The notes below the pieces were generated by a model. It saw only the letters and a program-made list of their open reading frames with translations, had not been told where the DNA came from and made no database searches. The position numbers were made by a program, and so were the translations under genes. Shown in pieces: positions 56,739 through 63,782 of a stretch of DNA of 64,000 nt (position 1 is the first letter of the stretch; each line of letters begins with the position of its first letter). This stretch comes from a virus. The DNA lies in IMG/VR virus record IMGVR_UViG_3300025601_000016, positions 6,867 through 70,866 of that record; one strand, written 5' to 3'.

Positions 56739-57368
56739 CTAGGAGCCGAACAGCGAACGAAGAGACGCTTTCTCAGTCGCCTCAATATCGATCTTAGCTG
56801 CAGATGCAGCGTCATGATCAGTCTGCTCACGGTGAAGCTGCAAGTAGATACCCGCTTTCAGCTTACCTTCCTCCATCTTGCCAGATGCAGGTGAGTAGAG
56901 CTTGCTTTGTCCAAGCTCAAGAGTCTCTGCATCTTCATGCAGGAGATCAAGGAACGCATTGTTTGTTGCGTTAACAAGGTTAAAGTCCTCGTTAGAGGTA
57001 TTCACTTTCTTGTTAGCCTTGAAGACTCGAAGCGGCCGTCCTGTGAGGATCCGGATTGGCTCTCCGCCGTCTTCCTTTACGATCACAGTGTTAACCCAAA
57101 AGTCTACTGGCTCGTTTTTGTCGTAGACAGTAGCAACATTAGAGATAGCAGCTTGTGGTGCAGATTTACGGTTCTCAGAATAGCTAGCCATGGTGTGTTC
57201 TTTCTTTCTTGGTTCCAGAGCTCGGCGGAATTGCCTTGTCTGTATTGTGTTAACAATTTTCGTCTCTGCGTGCTTCGCAGCTACGTCGATGGCCTTAGCC
57301 ATCAGTTTGCGTGCTGCAAACTCAACTAACTGGCCTTTAAGGTCCTTAGGTCCTCCGTAATAGGCCAT
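56739..57368 (-). CDS. N4 gp2-like ssDNA-binding RNAP II activator (internal start at 57191 gives gp2-sized product)
   Basis: FWVN...TGRPL...NTSNEDF...N.FLD.L...AETLE.G...LQLHR resembles N4 gp2 (FWLN, TGIPL, NSSNADF, LEPGE, QLRR; recalled from memory). Confidence 0.8.
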   Translation of the reverse strand: MAYYGGPKDLKGQLVEFAARKLMAKAIDVAAKHAETKIVNTIQTRQFRRALEPRKKEHTMASYSENRKSAPQAAISNVATVYDKNEPVDFWVNTVIVKEDGGEPIRILTGRPLRVFKANKKVNTSNEDFNLVNATNNAFLDLLHEDAETLELGQSKLYSPASGKMEEGKLKAGIYLQLHREQTDHDAASAAKIDIEATEKASLRSLFGS

Positions 57369-57416
57369 ACATAAGTCCTTCCATCAAAGAGGCGCGAATG
57401 CGCCCCCACGAGAAGA

Positions 57417-57791
57417 TCAGATCTCTGGGAATCGAGTTTCCCTCATACCAATCATATTCTTGGTACTATCACTCAGTTCTTCATACCGGGCCTTCAGGGC
57501 CTCGGTATTTTCACCATATTTGATGAGAGATTCACGTTGGAGTTCAATGAGCTGAATACGTTTCACCTCATCTTTGTACTTACCTGAGATCTTGGTCATC
57601 TCAGTCTTCCGGTGGACGACGTCATTGCCGAGATCCACTGTCATGAATACAGATTGCGCCGTATCGGCTACTGTATTCATGGTTCCACCAACGACTGTCG
57701 TCACGAGTCGAGCTGCTGGCTGCAGCACTCCTCCAACTACTGTTCCAATCACAGCACCTATTCCCATACGGGCTACATATCCAATCATCAT
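57417..57791 (-). CDS. early hypothetical protein
   Basis: AAGGA RBS; first gene under promoter P7. Confidence 0.7.
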   Translation of the reverse strand: MMIGYVARMGIGAVIGTVVGGVLQPAARLVTTVVGGTMNTVADTAQSVFMTVDLGNDVVHRKTEMTKISGKYKDEVKRIQLIELQRESLIKYGENTEALKARYEELSDSTKNMIGMRETRFPEI

Positions 57792-57877
57792 GATTGGTTC
57801 CTTTCTTATCTTGAAATACAAAGAGTTGCGGCACGAAGAGAGGTCAAAGTCAGAGAGCAAACTCCCAACAAAGACCG

Positions 57878-57900
57878 CACTTCGGCCGGCACGGCCACTT
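57878..57900 (-). promoter_or_regulatory. vRNAP hairpin promoter P7
   Basis: template (+) strand CAC-TTC-GGCCG-GCA-CGGCC-ACTT. Confidence 0.85.
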
Positions 57901-57908
57901 AGTGTAAG

Positions 57909-57989
57909 AAAAGAAAGAAGACTTCCACCGACCAGGTGGAAGACATTTATAAATAAAAACCTGGCCCCTCCCCTAAGGGAGAGACCAGG
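57909..57989 (-). terminator. tandem Rho-independent terminators
   Basis: CCTGGTCTCTCCC-TTAG-GGGAGGGGCCAGG-TTTTT then CTTCCACC/GGTGGAAG-TCTTCTTTCTTTT. Confidence 0.8.
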
Positions 57990-58013
57990 CTCTGGAGACC
58001 AACGGAGGTTGGT

Positions 58014-58199
58014 TTATGACGACTTAGGCGACGAAGCAAAAGCCGAATTGGATGTCTGAGAGATCAGACCCAACATCGTATTGATGTTTTCACAGGTCAG
58101 AGCAAGCTCAGCGAAACGCAGCGTCATCTCCTCTACAGCACGCTCAACGCGTTGTGCTTCAGAGATGGTCTGCGTCAGTTTTGGCGTATTAAGAGCCAT
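58014..58199 (-). CDS. early hypothetical protein (61 aa)
   Basis: GGAGG RBS. Confidence 0.75.
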   Translation of the reverse strand: MALNTPKLTQTISEAQRVERAVEEMTLRFAELALTCENINTMLGLISQTSNSAFASSPKSS

Positions 58200-58225
58200 A
58201 GTAGTAGTCCTCCAGTTGGTGATAG

Positions 58226-58690
58226 TTAGGCGTTAACGGAATGCGGGAAGTAAGGTCCCGAGACACTTTCTACTGTATCAGCGAGCACAGAAGGCTCCAT
58301 CACAGTCTCAACGTCAGGATAGCTGTAGCCAAAGGTGGCTTTGGCAAACACAGTCATGCAGCTGAACCCTGCCGAAGCAACGTAAAGCAATGGCACGGAC
58401 AACTCCGGAAGGAGCCAGCCCATGCCAAAATGCACAAGATGTATTTCTATTGCCAACAGGAAAGTACCCAGCACGAGGGCTGAATGTTTCCTCCAATTAT
58501 TCTGACGTCGGTGCTCGAGATACATCTCCAGCGATTCCGATAGCAGCCACGAAAAGATTCCAAGAGTGACAGTAAGAGCCGCTATCTGGCCAATACTCTT
58601 GTCTGCACTGGCAAAGCCAATGACAGCATAGAGTACGACAAGAGCGACCAGCGAATAAGTCGACCAAATGGTAAACTTCTTACGATCCAT
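58226..58690 (-). CDS. early membrane protein (4 TM)
   Basis: GGAGG RBS, start MDRKKF. Confidence 0.8.
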   Translation of the reverse strand: MDRKKFTIWSTYSLVALVVLYAVIGFASADKSIGQIAALTVTLGIFSWLLSESLEMYLEHRRQNNWRKHSALVLGTFLLAIEIHLVHFGMGWLLPELSVPLLYVASAGFSCMTVFAKATFGYSYPDVETVMEPSVLADTVESVSGPYFPHSVNA

Positions 58691-58730
58691 GGACAGTCCT
58701 CCGTAGTTACACACCGTCAGGACGACGATG

Positions 58731-58753
58731 CACACAGGCCGGCACGGCCACTT
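58731..58753 (-). promoter_or_regulatory. vRNAP hairpin promoter P6
   Basis: CAC-ACA-GGCCG-GCA-CGGCC-ACTT. Confidence 0.85.
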
Positions 58754-58763
58754 TCTTTCTCTG

Positions 58764-58810
58764 AAAAACAAATGCCCCCACCGCACACCCAAAGGGAGGC
58801 GGCGAGGGCA
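58764..58810 (-). terminator. Rho-independent terminator
   Basis: TGCCCTCGCCGC...GCGGTGGGGGCA then TTTGTTTTT. Confidence 0.75.
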
Positions 58811-58819
58811 AAGGTTAAG

Positions 58820-59191
58820 TCACTTAACGGGACCAAGCATACGCGCAACGGTGTTGATAGCGTATTGCTTGGCGTAAGCGGCTTTAGGATCCTTAGTAAA
58901 GGAAGAGGTCTTCGTTTCACGAAGAGGAGTAAGTCGACCTGAAGCAACGCCAGCGTTCCAGTAATAGCGCAAACCTGCACTGAATGCAGACATGAACAAG
59001 CCTCCAGCTACGCCACCCATGACACCAGCTGTAGAGCCGATGCCTTTGAGTGCCCAGATGAAGAACAATGTTGATGTTATGTCTATTACTTTGGAGTGCT
59101 GTGCATACCAACGAACGCCCTTCGTATTGATGAGCAAGAATGTGGCAGCACAGAAGCAGACGAGGCCAAGGCCCATTGCGTCCATAAGCAT
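58820..59191 (-). CDS. early membrane protein
   Basis: TGGAGACT RBS, start MLMDAMG; Gly-rich TM segments. Confidence 0.8.
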   Translation of the reverse strand: MLMDAMGLGLVCFCAATFLLINTKGVRWYAQHSKVIDITSTLFFIWALKGIGSTAGVMGGVAGGLFMSAFSAGLRYYWNAGVASGRLTPLRETKTSSFTKDPKAAYAKQYAINTVARMLGPVK

Positions 59192-59235
59192 GAGTAAAGT
59201 CTCCAGTTTATGAGTGATCACGTAGTCAAGCCACG

Positions 59236-59258
59236 CACACAGTCCGGCACGGACTCTT
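59236..59258 (-). promoter_or_regulatory. vRNAP hairpin promoter P5
   Basis: CAC-ACA-GTCCG-GCA-CGGAC-TCTT (compensatory stem change). Confidence 0.85.
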
Positions 59259-59268
59259 TTAGCGTAAG

Positions 59269-59306
59269 AAAAAAAACCAACCCCCAGCCCGAAGGCTGGA
59301 GGTTGG
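59269..59306 (-). terminator. Rho-independent terminator
   Basis: CCAACCTCCAGCC-TTCG-GGCTGGGGGTTGG then T8. Confidence 0.92.
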
Positions 59307-59536
59307 AGTTCACAAGTAGAGTTGGAGACTACACTTGGTGAACAGTGTGTCTCGAATCTTACCCTAAAGATAAGTGAGCAGTTTATCGACATGCTCAGGT
59401 ACACCCGGTTCTTAATGAGCCTACGCAGGGAACCGGGAAGGTTGCGTAGCGGTAGATGTGCGACTTTACCTCGGCATAACCCGTGAGCAGGCTGGTTGTT
59501 CGAAGAACCAGTTTTCCAGGAGGCGCACCCTCCTAC
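59269..59536 (-). ncRNA. putative early non-coding RNA with two pseudoknots
   Basis: bounded by promoter P4 and a strong terminator, no RBS-led ORF, dense base pairing. Confidence 0.7.
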
Positions 59537-59556
59537 TCAGGCCGGCACGGCCCCTT
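59534..59556 (-). promoter_or_regulatory. vRNAP hairpin promoter P4
   Basis: TAC-TCA-GGCCG-GCA-CGGCC-CCTT. Confidence 0.85.
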
Positions 59557-59557
59557 T

Positions 59558-59956
59558 CTACTCTGTGAGAGCAGGAGGAGCCGAGACGACTTCAGGTTCG
59601 TAGTAGACAACGTTCACTCGCTCTTTGCCATACATGGCAGTAGCAGCAGTGATCATATGTCTTGTGCCTTTGGACTCACCGTCCCAGAATGCACACAAAT
59701 GGTTAGCATGAGCAGCCATCTCGGCATTGCGCCGATAGCCTGCAGACTTACCATATTGCTTCCAATCAGGGAGAAAGCGATCAATAGGCTTATCGTGAAT
59801 ACGAGCCCAGCGTTCCCCAAGGGAATCAGCTCCGTTGGCTCCACCTGATACAACGATGCAATCAACGTTCTCCCACTCAGTGAGAGCCCATTTGAGCAGG
59901 TTATAATCAGTAAAGCCACGGGAACCCGCGATGATAAGTTTAGGCATAATAGCCAT
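59558..59956 (-). CDS. SLOG-superfamily (YspA/DUF2493-like) protein
   Basis: LIIAGSRGF.DY, VSGGANGAD..GE.WA, GKSAGY.RN.EM, FWDG.SKGT.HMI. Confidence 0.88.
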   Translation of the reverse strand: MAIMPKLIIAGSRGFTDYNLLKWALTEWENVDCIVVSGGANGADSLGERWARIHDKPIDRFLPDWKQYGKSAGYRRNAEMAAHANHLCAFWDGESKGTRHMITAATAMYGKERVNVVYYEPEVVSAPPALTE

Positions 59957-59996
59957 AAGAGTCTCCATCTTTAAATGACGCCAGAACATCTGACGA

Positions 59997-60019
59997 CACA
60001 CCGCCACGCAGTGGCTCTT
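59997..60019 (-). promoter_or_regulatory. vRNAP hairpin promoter P3
   Basis: CAC-ACC-GCCAC-GCA-GTGGC-TCTT. Confidence 0.85.
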
Positions 60020-60066
60020 TGGAAAGGAATGCTCTTCTAAGGGCTCAGGAAGCCGCTGGAGAGCAT

Positions 60067-60112
60067 AAAAAAAGCTTGGCCACTTGTCCTCTAAGGGACA
60101 AGCAGCCAAGCT
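60067..60112 (-). terminator. Rho-independent terminator
   Basis: AGCTTGGC.GCTTGTCC...GGACAAGT-GGCCAAGCT then a T-run. Confidence 0.85.
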
Positions 60113-60122
60113 GTAGAGAGCC

Positions 60123-60350
60123 TTATAAGAAGTTGAACATAACCTGACCGTTAAGGTGCAGGCTTTGGTCCATTTTCTCAAAGAGAAAATCTAAATGATT
60201 TTCGTACATGTTGTTATAGTCATAGTGATCTGTCACGACGATGTCCCTGTCAGCTACCCAGGTCCAGAAACCGTCATCGTCAGGAGTGACAAAGAGCATT
60301 TCTGTTTGGTTAGAGTCAGGATCTGTGAAAAACACGATTTCTTCAAACAT
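60123..60350 (-). CDS. early acidic hypothetical protein
   Basis: TGGAGACT RBS, MFEEIVFFTDPD... Confidence 0.75.
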   Translation of the reverse strand: MFEEIVFFTDPDSNQTEMLFVTPDDDGFWTWVADRDIVVTDHYDYNNMYENHLDFLFEKMDQSLHLNGQVMFNFL

Positions 60351-60385
60351 GAGTTTAGTCTCCATTACACAGGCATAAGTACCTG

Positions 60386-60408
60386 TACTCCGTCACGCAG
60401 TGACACTG
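60386..60408 (-). promoter_or_regulatory. vRNAP hairpin promoter P2
   Basis: TAC-TCC-GTCAC-GCA-GTGAC-ACTG. Confidence 0.8.
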
Positions 60409-60600
60409 ATAGTAATCAGTCTTAAGTGAGTATTAAGTAATAGGAGAGAGGTTAACTAGAGTTAAGGAGTTGGGGATTTGTGGTAAAGAGCAGTATTTAA
60501 TAGCACAATACTTGGTAATACTACATCTATACATAAAGTATTAGAGTAATCTTTAAGTATTAGTGACTGAGTATTTGAATTACCCAAATGAACACTATCC
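60409..60600. repeat. AT-rich non-coding tract with scattered AGTA(A/T)T copies
   Basis: about 8 AGTATT/AGTAAT copies plus inverted AATACT in ~190 bp. Confidence 0.55.
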
Positions 60601-60608
60601 CATCTGTA

Positions 60609-60640
60609 GAAAACTTAACCCCTTCCCGTGAGGGAAGGGG
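60609..60640 (-). terminator. Rho-independent terminator
   Basis: CCCCTTCCC-TCAC-GGGAAGGGG-TTAAGTTTT. Confidence 0.75.
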
Positions 60641-60646
60641 AAAGTG

Positions 60647-60847
60647 CTAAGCAGCTTCTGCTTTAGGAGCAGGCTTCTTGACTTTGCGTGGCTTAGCCTT
60701 GACAGGCAGAGCAGCACGAGCTTCGTCAACAGACTTCTTGGCGATTATGGCGATCATAGCCCAGATACCGCTGAGAGCGACGCCGAGCGAGATGACAATG
60801 ATCTTACCAAAGGTAGCCCAGGTAGCGAGAAGGAAAGCAGTGAACAT
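60647..60847 (-). CDS. first early gene: membrane-anchored basic protein
   Basis: TGGAGACT RBS, MFTAFLLATW..., Lys/Pro/Ala-rich tail. Confidence 0.8.
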   Translation of the reverse strand: MFTAFLLATWATFGKIIVISLGVALSGIWAMIAIIAKKSVDEARAALPVKAKPRKVKKPAPKAEAA

Positions 60848-60889
60848 GGTAGTCTCCAGTGTTAGGTACACGAGCAGGATGCAAGCATA

Positions 60890-60912
60890 CACACCGGGGC
60901 GCAGCCCCACTT
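60890..60912 (-). promoter_or_regulatory. vRNAP hairpin promoter P1
   Basis: CAC-ACC-GGGGC-GCA-GCCCC-ACTT. Confidence 0.85.
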
Positions 60913-61048
60913 CACATAGGTAGAGCCACCGGGGGGGTTTTGGAAACGGAGTGCTCCTTAGTGTAAGAGCACTGCAACCCCTCCTACATATGATGATTTG
61001 TGTATAAAAAAATATTATGAGTTAGAAGCGTATTAAGCTCTTCATACA

Positions 61049-61363
61049 TCACCAGGAACCTCTCATAGCTGTGCTGACAGAACCGCCTGAAGTTCTCATG
61101 CCACCGAATGGATCAATTACTTCTTTTTTTATTTCCCAGATAAGATTTCTAAGTATAGCCGCAGCAATTGCTTCATCTATACTATAGAATAGTCGTATAT
61201 TGTCTTTCTTTACTCCAATTTTTAAAGCATAGAGACAAGTTACTTTATCTAATACTGGTGAATAGTACCATTCTGCTCGCCAAATAGTTCCTATTTTCTT
61301 CACCGTATAAGACATGTTACTTATAAACTTTAGTTCTTCTTCTTGAGAGATTACATTAGACAT
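61049..61363 (-). CDS. hypothetical protein
   Basis: GGAG RBS before MSNVISQ. Confidence 0.6.
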   Translation of the reverse strand: MSNVISQEEELKFISNMSYTVKKIGTIWRAEWYYSPVLDKVTCLYALKIGVKKDNIRLFYSIDEAIAAAILRNLIWEIKKEVIDPFGGMRTSGGSVSTAMRGSW

Positions 61364-61565
61364 CAAGCTCTCCTTGGATGTTTTGCCATAGTTCAATGGC
61401 TCTCTTTGCTTCTTCTAGTGTCTTGGGTTCCTGACTGAACTTGGCAGCCACGCCATCTGGTCTTGTAAGTATTGTCCAGCCTTTACCTGCGCGCTCATAG
61501 TAAAGAGCTTCATATACTGGGGAGCCATTGTACTTATGGAGCGTGCGTGTTTTGAATTTACTCAT
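61356..61565 (-). CDS. hypothetical protein
   Basis: AGGA RBS before MSKFKTR. Confidence 0.65.
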   Translation of the reverse strand: MSKFKTRTLHKYNGSPVYEALYYERAGKGWTILTRPDGVAAKFSQEPKTLEEAKRAIELWQNIQGELDV

Positions 61566-61642
61566 GATTCTTTCCTGATTATTGACGGATACTACAAACA
61601 ATAGTTATTACTGAATGTGGTGGGTTACCGCGGGAGATCTTT

Positions 61643-61816
61643 ATGTTCTTTGAAACATATATGGATAGGAAGAAACAGTATCGTTGGAGGCTCAAAGCCG
61701 CAAACGGTAAAATTATTGCTTCTGGCGAAAGCTACAAACAACAAGCCAGCCGGGACAAAGCTATTGAACTGATGAGGCATTTGCTCGAGGTGCCAATTAA
61801 AGAAGTGAAGAATTAA
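61643..61816 (+). CDS. YegP/DUF1508-like protein (57 aa)
   Basis: GGGAG RBS; FETY.D.K.QYRWRLKAANGKIIASGESY; below the ORF-track cutoff. Confidence 0.85.
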   Translation: MFFETYMDRKKQYRWRLKAANGKIIASGESYKQQASRDKAIELMRHLLEVPIKEVKN

Positions 61817-61819
61817 ATT

Positions 61820-62110
61820 ATGGATCCTTCACTTATTCTTTCCGCAGGTGTACCAGGGGTGTTGCTTGCAGGCATCGGTTTTATCTGGCGTGAGTGGCAA
61901 GCAGACCGCCGAAAGGCCGAGGATCGCTATACTGCTGCCCTCGCAGAATCCAGAGAAGACGCAAAGGCCATGCACCAATTAGCCGCGGATCTCGGACAAG
62001 CGGCTGATGCCATTGGCCAAATAAATGTGAATGGTGGCAAGATAGATAAACTTGCAGCACAAATGTATGAGACTCTGTCATTAGTTAAAACCCTTAAAGG
62101 GATTAACTAA
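61820..62110 (+). CDS. N-terminal TM plus coiled-coil protein (holin/antiholin candidate)
   Basis: one TM then charged helix. Confidence 0.7.
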   Translation: MDPSLILSAGVPGVLLAGIGFIWREWQADRRKAEDRYTAALAESREDAKAMHQLAADLGQAADAIGQINVNGGKIDKLAAQMYETLSLVKTLKGIN

Positions 62111-62111
62111 T

Positions 62112-62291
62112 ATGGTAGCCACACCCTTCAAATGGAGCTGCATGGGGCGGAAGCGCCGTGAAAAGCTGGATGAGAAATCAACCAAGCTCATAGAAGAAAG
62201 AGCCACTTCAAGAAAAGCTGCTCTGGCCAAAGCTGCAGATGCTGTTACTAGGTTAAATTTAGAACTTAGTAGGGCAATAAAACATGATTAA
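62112..62291 (+). CDS. small basic protein (59 aa)
   Basis: MVATPFKWSCMGRKRREKLDE...; fills the operon gap. Confidence 0.6.
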   Translation: MVATPFKWSCMGRKRREKLDEKSTKLIEERATSRKAALAKAADAVTRLNLELSRAIKHD

Positions 62292-62775
62292 TAAAGAAAA
62301 TGGGTCTTTGTTTGCTGCAATAGCTGCTACAGGTTTATTGTTTTTATCAGCAAGTATGGGATCCAGAGCCATTACCATAGCCGCTTACGTTCCTATTATT
62401 TTGGCTGGCGTAATTGCAACCTTCTCATTTGCCGCTTTATCTATACGCGCGTGGGGCCAAAAACCCCCAGGAGAACTAGTTGCTTGGATCTTTGGTCATC
62501 TAACTCTTTGGTCCGTCGCGTTTACAGTAGAAGAGTTTGGCTGGTTCCTATGGCGGGTCAAAGAACCAAGTGAAGTGATTACTCTTTTTGAGTACACATT
62601 GTCCCCTGCTCTGAAAGTCATTCAAACCGTTTCAATACTCGGACTGGTACTGCTTATGTATCTGGTCCAAAGAGGCCAAGAAGGTACAAAACTTACTATC
62701 AATCTTCGTCTTTTTTGGTTGTTCAATGTGACACTGGCCAGTATCTATTTCCTAATGCTGCACTTGCTTGTTTAG
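62284..62775 (+). CDS. multi-pass membrane protein
   Basis: about 5 hydrophobic segments in 163 aa. Confidence 0.75.
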   Translation: MINKENGSLFAAIAATGLLFLSASMGSRAITIAAYVPIILAGVIATFSFAALSIRAWGQKPPGELVAWIFGHLTLWSVAFTVEEFGWFLWRVKEPSEVITLFEYTLSPALKVIQTVSILGLVLLMYLVQRGQEGTKLTINLRLFWLFNVTLASIYFLMLHLLV

Positions 62776-62784
62776 GAGCTCCGG

Positions 62785-63090
62785 ATGAGACATAACAAAA
62801 AAGACCCTAAAACAGGAAGATTTGTTAGCGTTAAGAGAAAACGTATAAACAAAAGCCTGTTTCTTTTACCTGTATTGCTTTTTTTGATTGTCTCTGCGGG
62901 CATAGTTTTTATGCTCCATCTTAGAGCAACAGAGATTACTTACATTGTGATATCCGAGCAAGAGCTTCTTGGTTCTTATGAAGCACCTGCTATAGTTGAG
63001 CAGATTGTCGAACCTGTAGTCATTAAAAAAGAAGTCCCGCGGGAACCAATAAAGATTTACCGCGGGACTTCTATTGAGATCATTGACTAA
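62785..63090 (+). CDS. single-TM protein
   Basis: AGGAG RBS, KDPKTGRFV basic N-terminus, one TM. Confidence 0.7.
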   Translation: MRHNKKDPKTGRFVSVKRKRINKSLFLLPVLLFLIVSAGIVFMLHLRATEITYIVISEQELLGSYEAPAIVEQIVEPVVIKKEVPREPIKIYRGTSIEIID

Positions 63091-63158
63091 TGTAGCTGAG
63101 GGCCTGCAGCCCAGGCAACTGCTAAATAGCGCTCGCTTTTAATGTCGTCCGCCAATGG

Positions 63159-63191
63159 AAAAGCCCCTAGAGTGTAAATCTAGGGGCTTTA
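63159..63191. terminator. bidirectional terminator between converging genes
   Basis: AAAAGCCCCTAGA-GTGTAAA-TCTAGGGGCTTT. Confidence 0.8.
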
Positions 63192-63240
63192 TATTTGTTC
63201 AGGTCGAAGGCGGCGTTCCCGCGCTAGGCAGTCAAACGCG

Positions 63241-63552
63241 TCATTCCGGAACCACTGGGTCCGCCGGATTTTCGGGAATCAGTTCCGAGGCCCGAAGCCC
63301 TATGAGCGTGGTAGCCTCACCTGCGAGTCCATGCCAGCCACCCGATGCAATCAGGTAGGCTGATCCCAGCAGTAGCGACAGCCCGGCCTGAGATAGCTCC
63401 TCTACCGAGCGCAGCGCTCTGAATGTATCTACCGCCTGCACAACTGGCGACCCCTGTCCCTGTGCGCGATAGATTGCCTCGGACTGATCTGCGTCAGGCT
63501 CATAGGCCAGCAGCGCGTCTCGAAACGCGGGAATAGAATTTGGGTAGGTCAT
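63241..63552 (-). CDS. hypothetical protein (GC-rich island)
   Basis: AAGGA RBS, 103 aa. Confidence 0.75.
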   Translation of the reverse strand: MTYPNSIPAFRDALLAYEPDADQSEAIYRAQGQGSPVVQAVDTFRALRSVEELSQAGLSLLLGSAYLIASGGWHGLAGEATTLIGLRASELIPENPADPVVPE

Positions 63553-63576
63553 CCGATTTTTCCTTTGTTGGCAGAA

Positions 63577-63702
63577 TTATTTCTTTTGCACGGGGTGATC
63601 TGGCTGGCTGCCGCCTGAACTGCCGTTATTGGCAGGAGGCGCAGTTGCACATGCGGCTGCTAAAGTCATGATCAGTGCGGCGATTATCAGTTTCGGTTTC
63701 AT
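63577..63702 (-). CDS. small lipoprotein (41 aa), paralog of 5536-5652
   Basis: MKPKLIIAALIMTLAAA-CATAPPANNGSSGGSQPDHPVQKK; lipobox; ends QKK. Confidence 0.75.
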   Translation of the reverse strand: MKPKLIIAALIMTLAAACATAPPANNGSSGGSQPDHPVQKK

Positions 63703-63782
63703 AGTGTCTTGCTTTCTTGCTTCTAAATTTGTCGGATATTTCATTGTGTGGTGTCCTCACCAGTTGTAAATCCTGCGTCTAC

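Noticed and set aside
57391-57404. GGCGC-GAAT-GCGCC hairpin as an eighth promoter
   Set aside because: 4-nt loop and no YAC-NNN or NCTT flanks; more likely a weak terminator or stabiliser.
58820-59404. 194-aa ORF-track call extending into the ncRNA
   Set aside because: The extension crosses a strong terminator and promoter P5; the RBS-supported start is 59191.
59558-60181. 207-aa long form of the SLOG ORF
   Set aside because: Crosses a terminator and promoter P3; the likely start is 59956.
57878-60912. GGCCGGCACGGCC repeats as a CRISPR array or REP elements
   Set aside because: Irregular 300-850 bp spacing with genes between, covarying stems and fixed position before genes fit vRNAP promoters; no cas operon.
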